A program made the position numbers and the translations under genes. From Candidatus Saccharimonadota bacterium (GTDB lineage: Bacteria > Patescibacteriota > Saccharimonadia > Saccharimonadales > Saccharimonadaceae), in contig JAUNHY010000003.1 of the NCBI GenBank assembly GCA_030523715.1, positions 7,201 to 71,200 of the forward strand: DNA of 64,000 nucleotides. The letters run 5' to 3'. Positions 53,693 to 63,594 of the stretch are shown piece after piece. Numbering within the stretch: position 1 is the stretch's first letter; each line of letters begins with the position of its first letter. The notes under the pieces were generated by a model that was not told the origin of the DNA, made no database searches, and saw only the letters and a list, made by a program, of their open reading frames with translations.

Positions 53693-55872
53693 ACATTCTG
53701 GCTCAACTAACTATAGAAAACATTAAATTAAATCGCCGGCGCACGATTGTGACGATAGTCGGCGTAGCTTTATCGTGCGCGTTAATTGTTGCTGTGGCCG
53801 GCATGGTTGCTAGCTTTCGCCAAATGATGATAGATGTTGCTGTTAATGAATATGGTAATTATCACGACATGTATGAAAATGTGTCACAAAATGGGCTTAC
53901 AATCATTAAGCAAAATCCAGACATTGCAAGTTATTATTATGGGCGTATAGAAATAAATGATGAGACTAAAACCGACTACCTTGGTAACGGCGTAATTGAC
54001 TGCAATTCGATTGAAATCACCGATAAGTATGACGATAACGCAGAGTGGCGCGGTGTATTCGTGCGTTATAAAAATATCAAAGATTATGAAAGAGTCCGCA
54101 GCGATATTATGACGAAGATATCGGAAGTAGATGGCAAGCACACCAAGATTCGCACTAATTCGGAGTTGATGCGTTACGAAGGCGTAATGGGTAATCGGCT
54201 ATTCCAAACTATCTTGGGCCTAGCCGCAGTGGTTATTAGTATTATTGTTATATGCAGTGTATTTGTGATTCGAAATTCGTTTAGTATTTCAGCCACAGAG
54301 CGCATGCGCCAGTTTGGATTATTAATGAGTATCGGTGCAACGACATGGCAAATTCGTACGCTTGTCTATATTGAGGGCGCTATCATTGCTATATTTGGCA
54401 TCATTTTAGGAACTGCAATTGGTGTTTTGGCTGATATAGTGCTTGTCTGGATTATCAACATACTTCTTAAGGAGATGTTATCTATGACGAACGGAATGAT
54501 AGAAGAGATACGATTTGTACTACCAGCTATCGTGCCATTATCCTCGGCGCTTTTTACGATTATAATCGTCTTCTTCTCGGGCATTTCGGCCGCACGCCGT
54601 GCCGCCAAATTATCTCCTATTGGTGCACTTCAAGGTACGCAAGATTATAAGATCGACAAAAAAATACGTAGTTCAAAGTTAATAAAGAAGCTATTTGGCA
54701 TTGGTGGAGTCGTGGCTGATAAAAACCTTCGTAGGAGTAGGCAAAAATACCGCACGACAGTTATCTCGCTTGTCGTGAGCATAGCGGTATTTATCGGATT
54801 ATCCAGTTTAACTAATTATGGTTCGAAGGTAATTGGTCTCCAGTATGCGAACATAAATTATGACATTATTACCATTACGGACAATAAGACTATCCTCGAA
54901 CAGATAAAGAACGTTCGCGAGATTGATGACATTTGCGTATTTCGGGAAGCTCGAACCAGCACGATAGATATTTATATTTTAGATGATGAAACCTTCTCGT
55001 CATACGCCAGGTCTGTTGGTGTGAAAGAAAACGATTATTCACGCACCGTAATCCTGAACGACTATGTATTAGAAAATATTAACGGAAAGAGAGAAGTCAA
55101 AAAAACGACGAATATCGATGATGGCGACGATGTGATAGTAGAAATAATGGACTATGACGATGATTATCACGCTATTTATAATCCGTTGAACTTGCATATT
55201 GCCAAAACTACCGATAAGCAACCAAATTTTTCAAAAGATAGTTATTTTGCTGCTTATTATATTTCCGATGACTATTATCAAATTCAGCAGATTATTAATT
55301 TTGCAGACGAACGAATTATGGATTACCACATTCTAATCTCAGCGAATAACTCGAGTTCGGTCGCAGAGAAAATAGAACAATTATATGAGAAAGAATCAGA
55401 TAACACTAAATCGTTCTATATCGACAACGTCTCGCAAGATGCGCGCATCATGCGGAACATGCACTTATTACTTTCGATCTTCTTGTATGGATTCGTTATT
55501 GTTATTAGTCTTATTGGATTAACGAATATCTTTAATACTATTTCGACCAATATCGCATTACGAGCAAAAGAATTTGCAATATTAAAATCTGTCGGCATGA
55601 CGAATAAAGAATTTAATCGCATGATTCGTCTCGAGAGCGCTTTATATTCATTGAAATCGCTAATGATTGGCGTTCCGTTAGGAGTAGTTTTGTCGTACTT
55701 AGTCTATCATGCTATTGCGAATTCATTTGATTATGGCTACGTTTTACCGTTAAACTCTATTATTATTTCTATAGCCGTAGTTGCTATTCTCGTTTTTGCC
55801 ATCATGGGCTACTCGGTCAAGCAGGTGGACAAGCAAAACATTATTGAAACTATTAGGAACGATAATATATAA
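53689..55872 (+). CDS. FtsX-family ABC permease with two FtsX modules and a large external loop
   Basis: 727 aa. ATGA overlap with the ATPase gene. Repeated ...RMRQFGLLMSIGAT / ...RAKEFAILKSVGMT FtsX motifs. Confidence 0.85.
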   Translation: MNILAQLTIENIKLNRRRTIVTIVGVALSCALIVAVAGMVASFRQMMIDVAVNEYGNYHDMYENVSQNGLTIIKQNPDIASYYYGRIEINDETKTDYLGNGVIDCNSIEITDKYDDNAEWRGVFVRYKNIKDYERVRSDIMTKISEVDGKHTKIRTNSELMRYEGVMGNRLFQTILGLAAVVISIIVICSVFVIRNSFSISATERMRQFGLLMSIGATTWQIRTLVYIEGAIIAIFGIILGTAIGVLADIVLVWIINILLKEMLSMTNGMIEEIRFVLPAIVPLSSALFTIIIVFFSGISAARRAAKLSPIGALQGTQDYKIDKKIRSSKLIKKLFGIGGVVADKNLRRSRQKYRTTVISLVVSIAVFIGLSSLTNYGSKVIGLQYANINYDIITITDNKTILEQIKNVREIDDICVFREARTSTIDIYILDDETFSSYARSVGVKENDYSRTVILNDYVLENINGKREVKKTTNIDDGDDVIVEIMDYDDDYHAIYNPLNLHIAKTTDKQPNFSKDSYFAAYYISDDYYQIQQIINFADERIMDYHILISANNSSSVAEKIEQLYEKESDNTKSFYIDNVSQDARIMRNMHLLLSIFLYGFVIVISLIGLTNIFNTISTNIALRAKEFAILKSVGMTNKEFNRMIRLESALYSLKSLMIGVPLGVVLSYLVYHAIANSFDYGYVLPLNSIIISIAVVAILVFAIMGYSVKQVDKQNIIETIRNDNI

Positions 55873-55880
55873 AGCATAAG

Positions 55881-55889
55881 TGGTAAAAT
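55881..55889 (+). promoter_or_regulatory. Extended -10 (TGGTAAAAT), 7 nt upstream of ATG 55897
   Basis: TGnTAAAAT. No SD. Confidence 0.45.
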
Positions 55890-55896
55890 AAAAGAA

Positions 55897-56649
55897 ATGA
55901 GTATTCTTAAGGTAACAAATTTGGTAAAAACGTACGGCAAAGGCAATAATCTAGTCAAAGCCGTAGATGATGTTAGTTTTGAAGTGCCAGAAGGTGAATT
56001 TGTCGCCGTAGTTGGCGCATCTGGTTCTGGTAAATCTACGCTCTTACATTTAATTGGTGGCGTCGATAATCCTACGTCCGGCAGTATTATTGTAGATGGG
56101 GAAGACATCTCAAAATATAACTCGGATAAACTTGCTGTTTTTCGCCGCGAAAAAGTCGGAATTGTTTATCAGTTTTATAACTTAATTCCAGTTTTAAATG
56201 TTGCAGAAAATATTACATTGCCGACTGATCTTGCAAATAAAAAAGTTGATCAAGGATATCTTAAGGAATTACTCGAAACGCTCGGTTTGGCTGATCGCGT
56301 CAAACATTTGCCGAATCAATTATCTGGTGGTCAACAACAACGCGTGGCGATTGGTCGTGCGCTATTTAATCGACCAAAGCTAATTCTTGCCGACGAGCCA
56401 ACGGGCAACCTTGATAAAAAATCTAGCGACGAAATTGTTGGCTTGCTTAAGACTGCGAACCAAAAATATCATCAGACTATCATTCTTGTTACGCACGACT
56501 TAAATATCGCGTCGCAAGCAGACCGCATCATCACATTTGAAGATGGCAAAATCATTTCCGACGAGCATAAGGCAACGGAACCGGTCACTGCTGAATTAGG
56601 GCAAATTGAGCAGACAGAGATGGATAATGAAAATCCTATCGAAGCTTAA
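55897..56649 (+). CDS. ABC transporter ATP-binding protein, paralog of 53009..53692
   Basis: [35 protein letters not shown]. Confidence 0.9.
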   Translation: MSILKVTNLVKTYGKGNNLVKAVDDVSFEVPEGEFVAVVGASGSGKSTLLHLIGGVDNPTSGSIIVDGEDISKYNSDKLAVFRREKVGIVYQFYNLIPVLNVAENITLPTDLANKKVDQGYLKELLETLGLADRVKHLPNQLSGGQQQRVAIGRALFNRPKLILADEPTGNLDKKSSDEIVGLLKTANQKYHQTIILVTHDLNIASQADRIITFEDGKIISDEHKATEPVTAELGQIEQTEMDNENPIEA

Positions 56650-58972
56650 TCTCGATAATTTAAAACAAAATCGTACGCGCACCATCGTGACGATTTTGGG
56701 TGTCGCGATGTCAATTATGCTGATACTGACCACTATTGGTATCGCTACCAGTTTTTGGTTTACCGAATACGATTCGATTCGCAAAGAATATGGCGATTAC
56801 CATGTTATGTTTGAGAATATTCCAGGCGACAAAGTATCTATATTGGAAAACTCGAAATTCTTTAATGTGGAGTATTATTCTGAACCGGTGGAGGCGGTTA
56901 TTGACAAAGATGGAGAACGATATCTTTATTGGTATGGCCCATATCCGGTTTCGAGCTATACGAAAATTACAGCAGATGAACTGAAGCGCGATCGGAATCA
57001 TTCATACAATGTGTTTTTGAAATATAAAGATTTCGAAAATACGCAATTTGCTGACAAAATGCAAAAACGCGCACTGGAAGAAGCCGACGTCGAGGATGTC
57101 TATGTACGATACAATAGTGATCTTCAAATGTTGGAAGGTGGTATTCCAAGAACATCACGAATTGCTCTGGCCGCATTCACTACTTTAGTGCTAGGCGTAA
57201 TGGTAATTGCAGCCGCCTTCGTGATTCGTAATTCATTTAATATTTCAATTACCGAACGCGTGCGCCAATTTGGCATGCTTTCTAGTGTCGGAGCTCGTCC
57301 ACGTCAGATTCGTCGTATGGTCTATATGGAGTCCGCAATCATCGGCTTAATTGCTTTACCGATTGGCATTGGCTTAGGTTGCCTACTAACTTTTGGCGTA
57401 GTTGTTTTATTTAATACATTATTGAGCGATATTATGGATGCGATTGGCATGGAACTAGTATTTTTTATTCCATGGCAAGCCATTATTATCATTCTAATCG
57501 TGACGGCAGTGCTAATATTTCTGTCTGCCGTTTCGCCAGCTATTGTGGCTGGGCGGTATAGCCCACTATCAGCATTGCGCAGCAACCAAGACATAAAAAT
57601 CAAGGCGCGCAAAGTACGCACCTCAAAACTTACGCGCAAAATTTGGGGCATAGGCGGCGTAATAGCACGCAAAAATCTCAAACGCAGTCGACAAAAATAT
57701 CGCACCACGGTTGTGTCGATTGTTCTAAGCGTTTCAGTGTTCATTGGCGTGATGTCGTTCATGAATTATAGCCACCGCGTTATAAATTTATTCATTAATG
57801 ATAATGGCTCAAATTTTGTAATTTATGGCAACAGCAACAGCGTGGATACCAATGAAATTGCATCTAATTTTAATCTCAAAGAGTACGCGGCCTACCATTA
57901 TATTTCTTTTGAGACCATTGGCGACGATAATCGTATGCATTTGTCGTTTACTGTCGTGTCGCGCGATGAATTTGCGCGCTACGCCAAGAAAATTGGCGCT
58001 GGTGGCTCCGATTATTCGCGCATGGTAATTCTGCACGATAACCGGAAAATATACCATTCCGACGGCAGTATCTCTAGCGGTCGTTCTACGGATTATAAAG
58101 TTGGCGACACGGTACATATCCGCTCCGTATCCTATAATCTTGATGAGGAAGATAAAACAATTAGAGAACTTATCGAAGACGGCGAGCTCGATATGGACGA
58201 TTTATATGACAAAGACGCAGAGATGACGGAAGAAGAGTTAGCCGAAAGGCTCGATGATACTATTCGAGTATACGGTAATAAAAAATATAAAGACGCAGAT
58301 TTAACGTTTACGCACATTACCGAAAAGGCACCACTCGGCTACAATGAGTCTAGCTATAGCATAGGTGAAGTATTTATTTCCGAGGACTATTATCAAATAA
58401 ACAAAATATATACTACTGATTATTATACGATGTTTATTGCAGACTCCGGTGTAGGTTCCGATATCGCGGAATTTTTAGATAGTGAGGAGATTGTTAAGAA
58501 ATATGGCATTACGAGTTATGAGAATTACGAAGAGTTAATGCGCGTAATTCGTAATACGATTTTGCTAATCGAAATACTAATCTATGGCTTTATTGTAATA
58601 GTGTCACTAATTGGCGTAACAAATATTTTCAACACAATTACCACTAATGTAGCTTTACGCGCCCGCGAATTCGCGATTATTAAATCTGTTGGCATGACTA
58701 GTAAGGAGTTTAACCATATGATTCGCCTCGAAAGCGTCATGTACAGTGCTCGTGCGTTATTAATCGGCCTGCCGATTGGTTTATTAATATCATATGGCAC
58801 GTTCAAATTATTTGACGCGGCTGGTCTTGAGTTTGGTTGGATTATCCCATGGAACGCAATTATTATTAGCGTTGCTTCAGTTGGTCTACTAGTTGCCGCC
58901 ATCATGCGTTATTCGGTACGGAAAATCAAAAGACAAAATATTATCGAAACTATCCGATCGGAAAGTTTCTAA
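56627..58972 (+). CDS. FtsX-family ABC permease, paralog of 53689..55872
   Basis: Start chosen at ATG 56627 ([29 protein letters not shown], compared with [29 protein letters not shown] in the paralog). There is an acidic insert in the external loop. Confidence 0.85.
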   Translation: MKILSKLNLDNLKQNRTRTIVTILGVAMSIMLILTTIGIATSFWFTEYDSIRKEYGDYHVMFENIPGDKVSILENSKFFNVEYYSEPVEAVIDKDGERYLYWYGPYPVSSYTKITADELKRDRNHSYNVFLKYKDFENTQFADKMQKRALEEADVEDVYVRYNSDLQMLEGGIPRTSRIALAAFTTLVLGVMVIAAAFVIRNSFNISITERVRQFGMLSSVGARPRQIRRMVYMESAIIGLIALPIGIGLGCLLTFGVVVLFNTLLSDIMDAIGMELVFFIPWQAIIIILIVTAVLIFLSAVSPAIVAGRYSPLSALRSNQDIKIKARKVRTSKLTRKIWGIGGVIARKNLKRSRQKYRTTVVSIVLSVSVFIGVMSFMNYSHRVINLFINDNGSNFVIYGNSNSVDTNEIASNFNLKEYAAYHYISFETIGDDNRMHLSFTVVSRDEFARYAKKIGAGGSDYSRMVILHDNRKIYHSDGSISSGRSTDYKVGDTVHIRSVSYNLDEEDKTIRELIEDGELDMDDLYDKDAEMTEEELAERLDDTIRVYGNKKYKDADLTFTHITEKAPLGYNESSYSIGEVFISEDYYQINKIYTTDYYTMFIADSGVGSDIAEFLDSEEIVKKYGITSYENYEELMRVIRNTILLIEILIYGFIVIVSLIGVTNIFNTITTNVALRAREFAIIKSVGMTSKEFNHMIRLESVMYSARALLIGLPIGLLISYGTFKLFDAAGLEFGWIIPWNAIIISVASVGLLVAAIMRYSVRKIKRQNIIETIRSESF

Positions 58973-58975
58973 TTA

Positions 58976-61378
58976 TTACATTCCTAGTTCTTCGCGAATC
59001 ATTTCGGTTGTGACATGAATGTCGGCGCCATTACCAACTTCGCCACTAAGCACATATTTTGCCACAATATTTTCAACCGTCTTCTGGACGATGCGGCGCA
59101 TCGGACGCGCGCCAAGTTTTGGATCGTATCCAGCATCAACAAGCAGCTTTTTACCACCCTCATCAACAGTAACATTAATCTTTTGTGGTGCCAGGGTTTT
59201 ATTAACGCCTTTCAAAATCAAGTCAATAATCTGAACTAGCACTTCCTTAGATAACGGCTCAAAGGCGCAAATCTCATCAAAGCGGTTCAAGAATTCTGGC
59301 TTAAATGCGCCAGTCTTTATTAGTTCATTCGTAAGTTCATCCTTCACTTCTGCGATACTTAATCCTTGGTCAATATAATCGCGGATTTTTTCGGCGCCCG
59401 CGTTGCTCGTTGCGATCACGATCGTGTCGCGGAAACTGACTTCTTTGTTATTAATGTCGCGCAAGATACCTTCGTCTAGCAGCTGGAGCAGGGTAGTAAG
59501 TACCTGTGGATGTGCTTTCTCGATTTCGTCTAGTAATACGACGGCAAATGGATGTTTCATGACCTGTGCCGTTAAACTCAGCTCGTCGGTAGCACCATCG
59601 GCAATTAAACGTTGAACATCTGTAGAAGAAACATATTCGTTCAAGTCGATGCGAATCATTGTGCCTTCGCCATGGAAATATACTTCGCTCAATGCTTTTG
59701 CGAGCTCGGTTTTGCCTACGCCGGTTGGACCCATGAATAAGAATGTACCGATTGGGCGATTCTCATTTCGCACGCCTGCTGCGGCGCGCCTTAGGGCATC
59801 ACTCACGGCTTTTACTGCGCCCTCCTGATCAATCATGCGTTCATGGATGAGACTTTCGAGATTAAGCAGACGCTCTTTATCTTCGTCATTATTTGTTGAC
59901 TGCATCTTTACGCCGTAGATCTTCTCAATGGCCGCCTGTACGGATGCGTCGGTGACAAAATGATGTTCATCGGCTTGGCCGGCCGCTGCTTCAAGCAGGT
60001 TTAGCGCGCGTCCTGGCATTACTAAATCGTGGACGTAACGCGAAGATAATCGATAAGCTTCCGTCAGTGCCCAGTGCGTATAAATAACATTATGTTGATA
60101 CTCAAGCTGCGGTACATGGTCTTGCATAATTTTCATTGTTTCTTCTTCGTTGGCTTCCGCAACCATGACTTTATTGAGTGCATTTGCTAACGTGCTATTA
60201 CGCGAAGATATTTCGAGGAATCTTTGCTCGTCCATCGTTAAAATGATACGTAGCTTACCGCCTTCAAGTATTGGCAGTAATACATTCGCAATATCCACCG
60301 AACCAACACCCTCTTCGAAGAATAATTGTGCATTATCAAGCCAGATAATAATATTTTTTGCCATGTAAGCTTCAGCTAGAATGTTGCGCACTAGTCTTTC
60401 AATGCCGCCATGACCTTCCGAAACACTAATCAGGGCTGCCGCATCGAGTTTAAAAATCTGGCGGAACTGGAGGCGGGAAGAAACCTTACTATCAGCATCC
60501 ATTATTTTATCCGAGAATGCCGTCACGATAGTCGAGCGTCCACTGCCTTCTGGACCAATAATTGCCACATTCTGGCGACCGCCGCTCGAGAAAATTGAGA
60601 TAATTTTTTCAACGATTTCATCGTGTGCGGCTAAATGTACCTGTTCTTTGATAGCACCCTCGCGAGATTTTGAAACATTAATTGCGAGCTCTTGTAAAAG
60701 TGGCGTATAACCGAACATTAAGTCGCGCGCAAAGCCGCCCGTATGACGAGATTTACTCATACTCTTTACCAGGCCATGCAGATAGTTGTACCACTTAATA
60801 CCATCATAAAGATCATTGAGTGTTAGCTTCATGCGACGCAAAATATCTTCGTGATTTGGATGGCATTCGATAATTGCTACTCCAAGCATTGCTCCCGCAA
60901 TTTGCTCGCCATCAGTTTTCTGCATGATTTCGCGGGCTTTTTCAAAAATTGGCGTTGCGTCTTCTGGTAAATCGGCTGCCATCAACTCAAGTAGAGCCGG
61001 AGTTACAGCATAGCGGAGTGCTAAAAAGCCGCCGCTCTGAGTTTTGCAAACCAAATCTGCAATTTGGCGCACATTTGGTTTTCGGCCGAGTAAAGTCAGT
61101 ACGTCGCGCGAAATAATATTATTAATATCATCCGGGTTGCCCGATGTTGGGCGGACTAGCTCAAATTTGAGCCAAATCACGAACATCAAGAATAGCGAAG
61201 CGATGCCGATTAGCAACCACCCCATCGATTCGTGCTGAGTGATTAAAATTGCCAGACCGCCCGCCGTTAAAGCGATCATTGCTAGAATGAGCAAAGCGGT
61301 TACGAACCAATGCCCGAATACTTTACCAAGTCTCGCCTCTTGGGCACGCAGGGAATTATATCTAAATTCGTTTTTCAT
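58976..61378 (-). CDS. Membrane-anchored two-ring Clp/Hsp100-like AAA+ protein with a degenerate D1
   Basis: Two N-terminal TM, a Clp_N-like region, D1 Walker A GPEGSGRS and Walker B IIWLDNAQ, D2 Walker A GPTGVGKT and Walker B VVLLDEIEKA, plus GARPMRR. Start at ATG 61378, which forms an ATGA overlap with the upstream gene. Confidence 0.85.
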   Translation of the reverse strand: MKNEFRYNSLRAQEARLGKVFGHWFVTALLILAMIALTAGGLAILITQHESMGWLLIGIASLFLMFVIWLKFELVRPTSGNPDDINNIISRDVLTLLGRKPNVRQIADLVCKTQSGGFLALRYAVTPALLELMAADLPEDATPIFEKAREIMQKTDGEQIAGAMLGVAIIECHPNHEDILRRMKLTLNDLYDGIKWYNYLHGLVKSMSKSRHTGGFARDLMFGYTPLLQELAINVSKSREGAIKEQVHLAAHDEIVEKIISIFSSGGRQNVAIIGPEGSGRSTIVTAFSDKIMDADSKVSSRLQFRQIFKLDAAALISVSEGHGGIERLVRNILAEAYMAKNIIIWLDNAQLFFEEGVGSVDIANVLLPILEGGKLRIILTMDEQRFLEISSRNSTLANALNKVMVAEANEEETMKIMQDHVPQLEYQHNVIYTHWALTEAYRLSSRYVHDLVMPGRALNLLEAAAGQADEHHFVTDASVQAAIEKIYGVKMQSTNNDEDKERLLNLESLIHERMIDQEGAVKAVSDALRRAAAGVRNENRPIGTFLFMGPTGVGKTELAKALSEVYFHGEGTMIRIDLNEYVSSTDVQRLIADGATDELSLTAQVMKHPFAVVLLDEIEKAHPQVLTTLLQLLDEGILRDINNKEVSFRDTIVIATSNAGAEKIRDYIDQGLSIAEVKDELTNELIKTGAFKPEFLNRFDEICAFEPLSKEVLVQIIDLILKGVNKTLAPQKINVTVDEGGKKLLVDAGYDPKLGARPMRRIVQKTVENIVAKYVLSGEVGNGADIHVTTEMIREELGM

Positions 61379-61752
61379 AGCGCCACCCCCATGATCGTCA
61401 GAATAATTGTGGCTACTGGCACCAGCGGAATAAATGGCCAAGCTAAGAAGAGAATAAAGCCGAGTGTTGCCTCTAGAGCAATTGCCAGAATGCCGGCTAT
61501 CATAATTCCAATGCGCACAATTGCGCCAATCGTTCGCGAGAGAAGTTTATCGAAAAATGCCTGCATGCGCGCTTGCATCGAAGCGTTTTCGTCGGAATAT
61601 GCGGATATTTGTCTAAACGGATAGAACAGAGTGCGCGCTAAAAGTCCCAGAGAGAAGAAATCTGCTAAGTTGTGTAGTTTATCGAGTAGTTTATGCGCAA
61701 AAGTTGACCACCCGCGCGAGTACCACCACTTCAAAAAGCCGACCATTAACAT
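61375..61752 (-). CDS. Small polytopic membrane protein translationally coupled to the AAA+ gene
   Basis: About 125 aa with hydrophobic C-terminal helices. Start taken at ATG 61752, 6 nt after TATAAT. Confidence 0.55.
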   Translation of the reverse strand: MLMVGFLKWWYSRGWSTFAHKLLDKLHNLADFFSLGLLARTLFYPFRQISAYSDENASMQARMQAFFDKLLSRTIGAIVRIGIMIAGILAIALEATLGFILFLAWPFIPLVPVATIILTIMGVAL

Positions 61753-61758
61753 AACCAA

Positions 61759-61764
61759 ATTATA
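61759..61764 (-). promoter_or_regulatory. -10 hexamer TATAAT, 6 nt upstream of ATG 61752
   Basis: Read on the reverse complement. Confidence 0.4.
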
Positions 61765-61831
61765 TAATAAAACTTGAAGAATTTCGATGCTTATGCTAAT
61801 CTAAAATCAAAGTAACAATAAGGAAACAAAA

Positions 61832-62401
61832 ATGCAAAAACAGAAAAACTTCCAGTTAGCCGTTATTGGTGTGCTCGCCTTTGCGGTTATTTTCATGTCT
61901 GTCGGCTTCGCGGCCTATTCACAGACACTAAATATCAACGGTACAACCACAGTTCAGGGCAACAAGTGGAGCGTCCATTTTGATACTGCCACCTTCCAGC
62001 GCGCTGAGGGTTCCGTTGTGGAAACCAGTAAGAGCGTTAGCAACACTTCTATTACTTATGCTGCCACGCTCGAGAAGCCAGGCAACAAATTTGCTTTTAC
62101 TATTGATGTTGTGAACGACGGTACTTTTGATGCCACTCTAAATAAGATTACACTCTCAACGCTCACGGAAGAGCAGGCTAAATATCTAAAATACACGCTT
62201 GTTTACGATAATGATTCTGACAATCCATATACGGCCACAACTAGCGGCCTCAGCATCGGTTTGCCACATACTACCGGCTCAAACCGTAAGCCGGTAATGG
62301 TTGTAGTCGAATATGTCGCCCCAGACAACGCCGATGATCTTCCAGAATCGAGCGTAGCCATCAGCCTTACTGCCGCTCTTGATTACGTCCAAGCAGAATA
62401 A
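61832..62401 (+). CDS. Secreted beta-rich protein with a SipW-cognate-like signal peptide (TasA/camelysin-like)
   Basis: The N-terminus ...VIFMSVGFAAYSQTLNINGT resembles the GGT.A.F.D cleavage region of TasA/CalY-type signals. SD AAGGA upstream. Lies immediately upstream of a SipW-type peptidase. Confidence 0.45.
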   Translation: MQKQKNFQLAVIGVLAFAVIFMSVGFAAYSQTLNINGTTTVQGNKWSVHFDTATFQRAEGSVVETSKSVSNTSITYAATLEKPGNKFAFTIDVVNDGTFDATLNKITLSTLTEEQAKYLKYTLVYDNDSDNPYTATTSGLSIGLPHTTGSNRKPVMVVVEYVAPDNADDLPESSVAISLTAALDYVQAE

Positions 62402-62439
62402 TTAACTACCTATTTCCGGTTTGAAATAGGCATAAAACT

Positions 62440-63594
62440 ATGCATTTTTTAACAAACGAGAAGAAAATTCGTTTATTCGAATTGTTGATGCTTGTCTCTG
62501 CGCTCATCTTCTGCGTAATATTTTCGAGCGCCACGAGTTTATTTAAAACATATGCCATCATTCTCTCGTTTGTCCTTATCTTCTCAATTAGTGTAATAGC
62601 GATTGGCTACCGCAGGGATAAACATTATCTCCGCGGTAGTGCGTCGCGCACGATCATTGCAGTATTACTAGCTGCACTAATTTTGATTTTTATGCTGGGC
62701 GTATTCCTTGGCTTTAATCGAAGTTATGCTTCGCTAGATATATCCAAAAATCTGCAAGGTTTCGTTCCAGCACTTTTATTGGCAGTCATAACCGAATTAT
62801 TGCGACATACGTTATTAAGGAAAAATGTCGTAAAAACTATAGATGTTGTATTTTTTACAACAATAACTTCAATTATATGCATATTACTAGCGTTCAATCC
62901 TGCCACAATCGTCGATGCCGAGTCGGCCTTTATCTTTATTTGCACGATTATCCTTCCAATAATTGCAACCGAAACACTTTGTACTTTCTTGGTTCGACAT
63001 ATTGGGCTCCAACCGAGCCTTACTTACAAAATCCCCATTAAAGTTTACATGTACATTCTGCCGATTATTCCAAATCTCGGCTCTTATCTTTATGCCGTGA
63101 CGGCTATTGTGATGCCGTTTGTCATTTATCACTTGGTCTTAAAGCTTGAGTCGTTCGATCGCAATGCGGCCGTACGCATTCATAAAATGAATAGTGGGAT
63201 TATAGCAATTCCGGCGACTCTATTCTTAATTACAGTCGTAATATTCGTTTCGGGTATCTTTAAATTCCAGCTGATCGCCGTGGGGTCAAATTCGATGGCG
63301 GGGACATTCGACCGCGGCGATGCTGTGATGATAGAGAAAACCAACCCCAAAACGGTTAAGGATAATGATATAATTGCATTTAGGAAAGACGGGATGATTA
63401 TTACGCACCGCGTCGTCGAAACGCACATTACGGACAATCGTTATGAGTTTATTACAAAGGGGGATGCGAATGATGATATTGATAGCTTTACGACTGGCGG
63501 CGAGAACCTCATAGGCATAATTCGCTTCCGCACAAAGTATATTGGCTTTCCAACTCTTTGGATAAACGAATTATTTAATAAGGAAATAGAATGA
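62440..63594 (+). CDS. Polytopic membrane domain fused to a SipW-type (S26B) signal peptidase I domain
   Basis: About 8 TM in the first 260 aa. The C-terminal AVGSNSMAGTFDRGDAVMIEK...IIAFRKDGMIITHRVVE...ITKGDANDDID parallels the SipW SGSMEP...GDVI...THRI...TKGDNN pattern (Ser/His type). Confidence 0.7.
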   Translation: MHFLTNEKKIRLFELLMLVSALIFCVIFSSATSLFKTYAIILSFVLIFSISVIAIGYRRDKHYLRGSASRTIIAVLLAALILIFMLGVFLGFNRSYASLDISKNLQGFVPALLLAVITELLRHTLLRKNVVKTIDVVFFTTITSIICILLAFNPATIVDAESAFIFICTIILPIIATETLCTFLVRHIGLQPSLTYKIPIKVYMYILPIIPNLGSYLYAVTAIVMPFVIYHLVLKLESFDRNAAVRIHKMNSGIIAIPATLFLITVVIFVSGIFKFQLIAVGSNSMAGTFDRGDAVMIEKTNPKTVKDNDIIAFRKDGMIITHRVVETHITDNRYEFITKGDANDDIDSFTTGGENLIGIIRFRTKYIGFPTLWINELFNKEIE

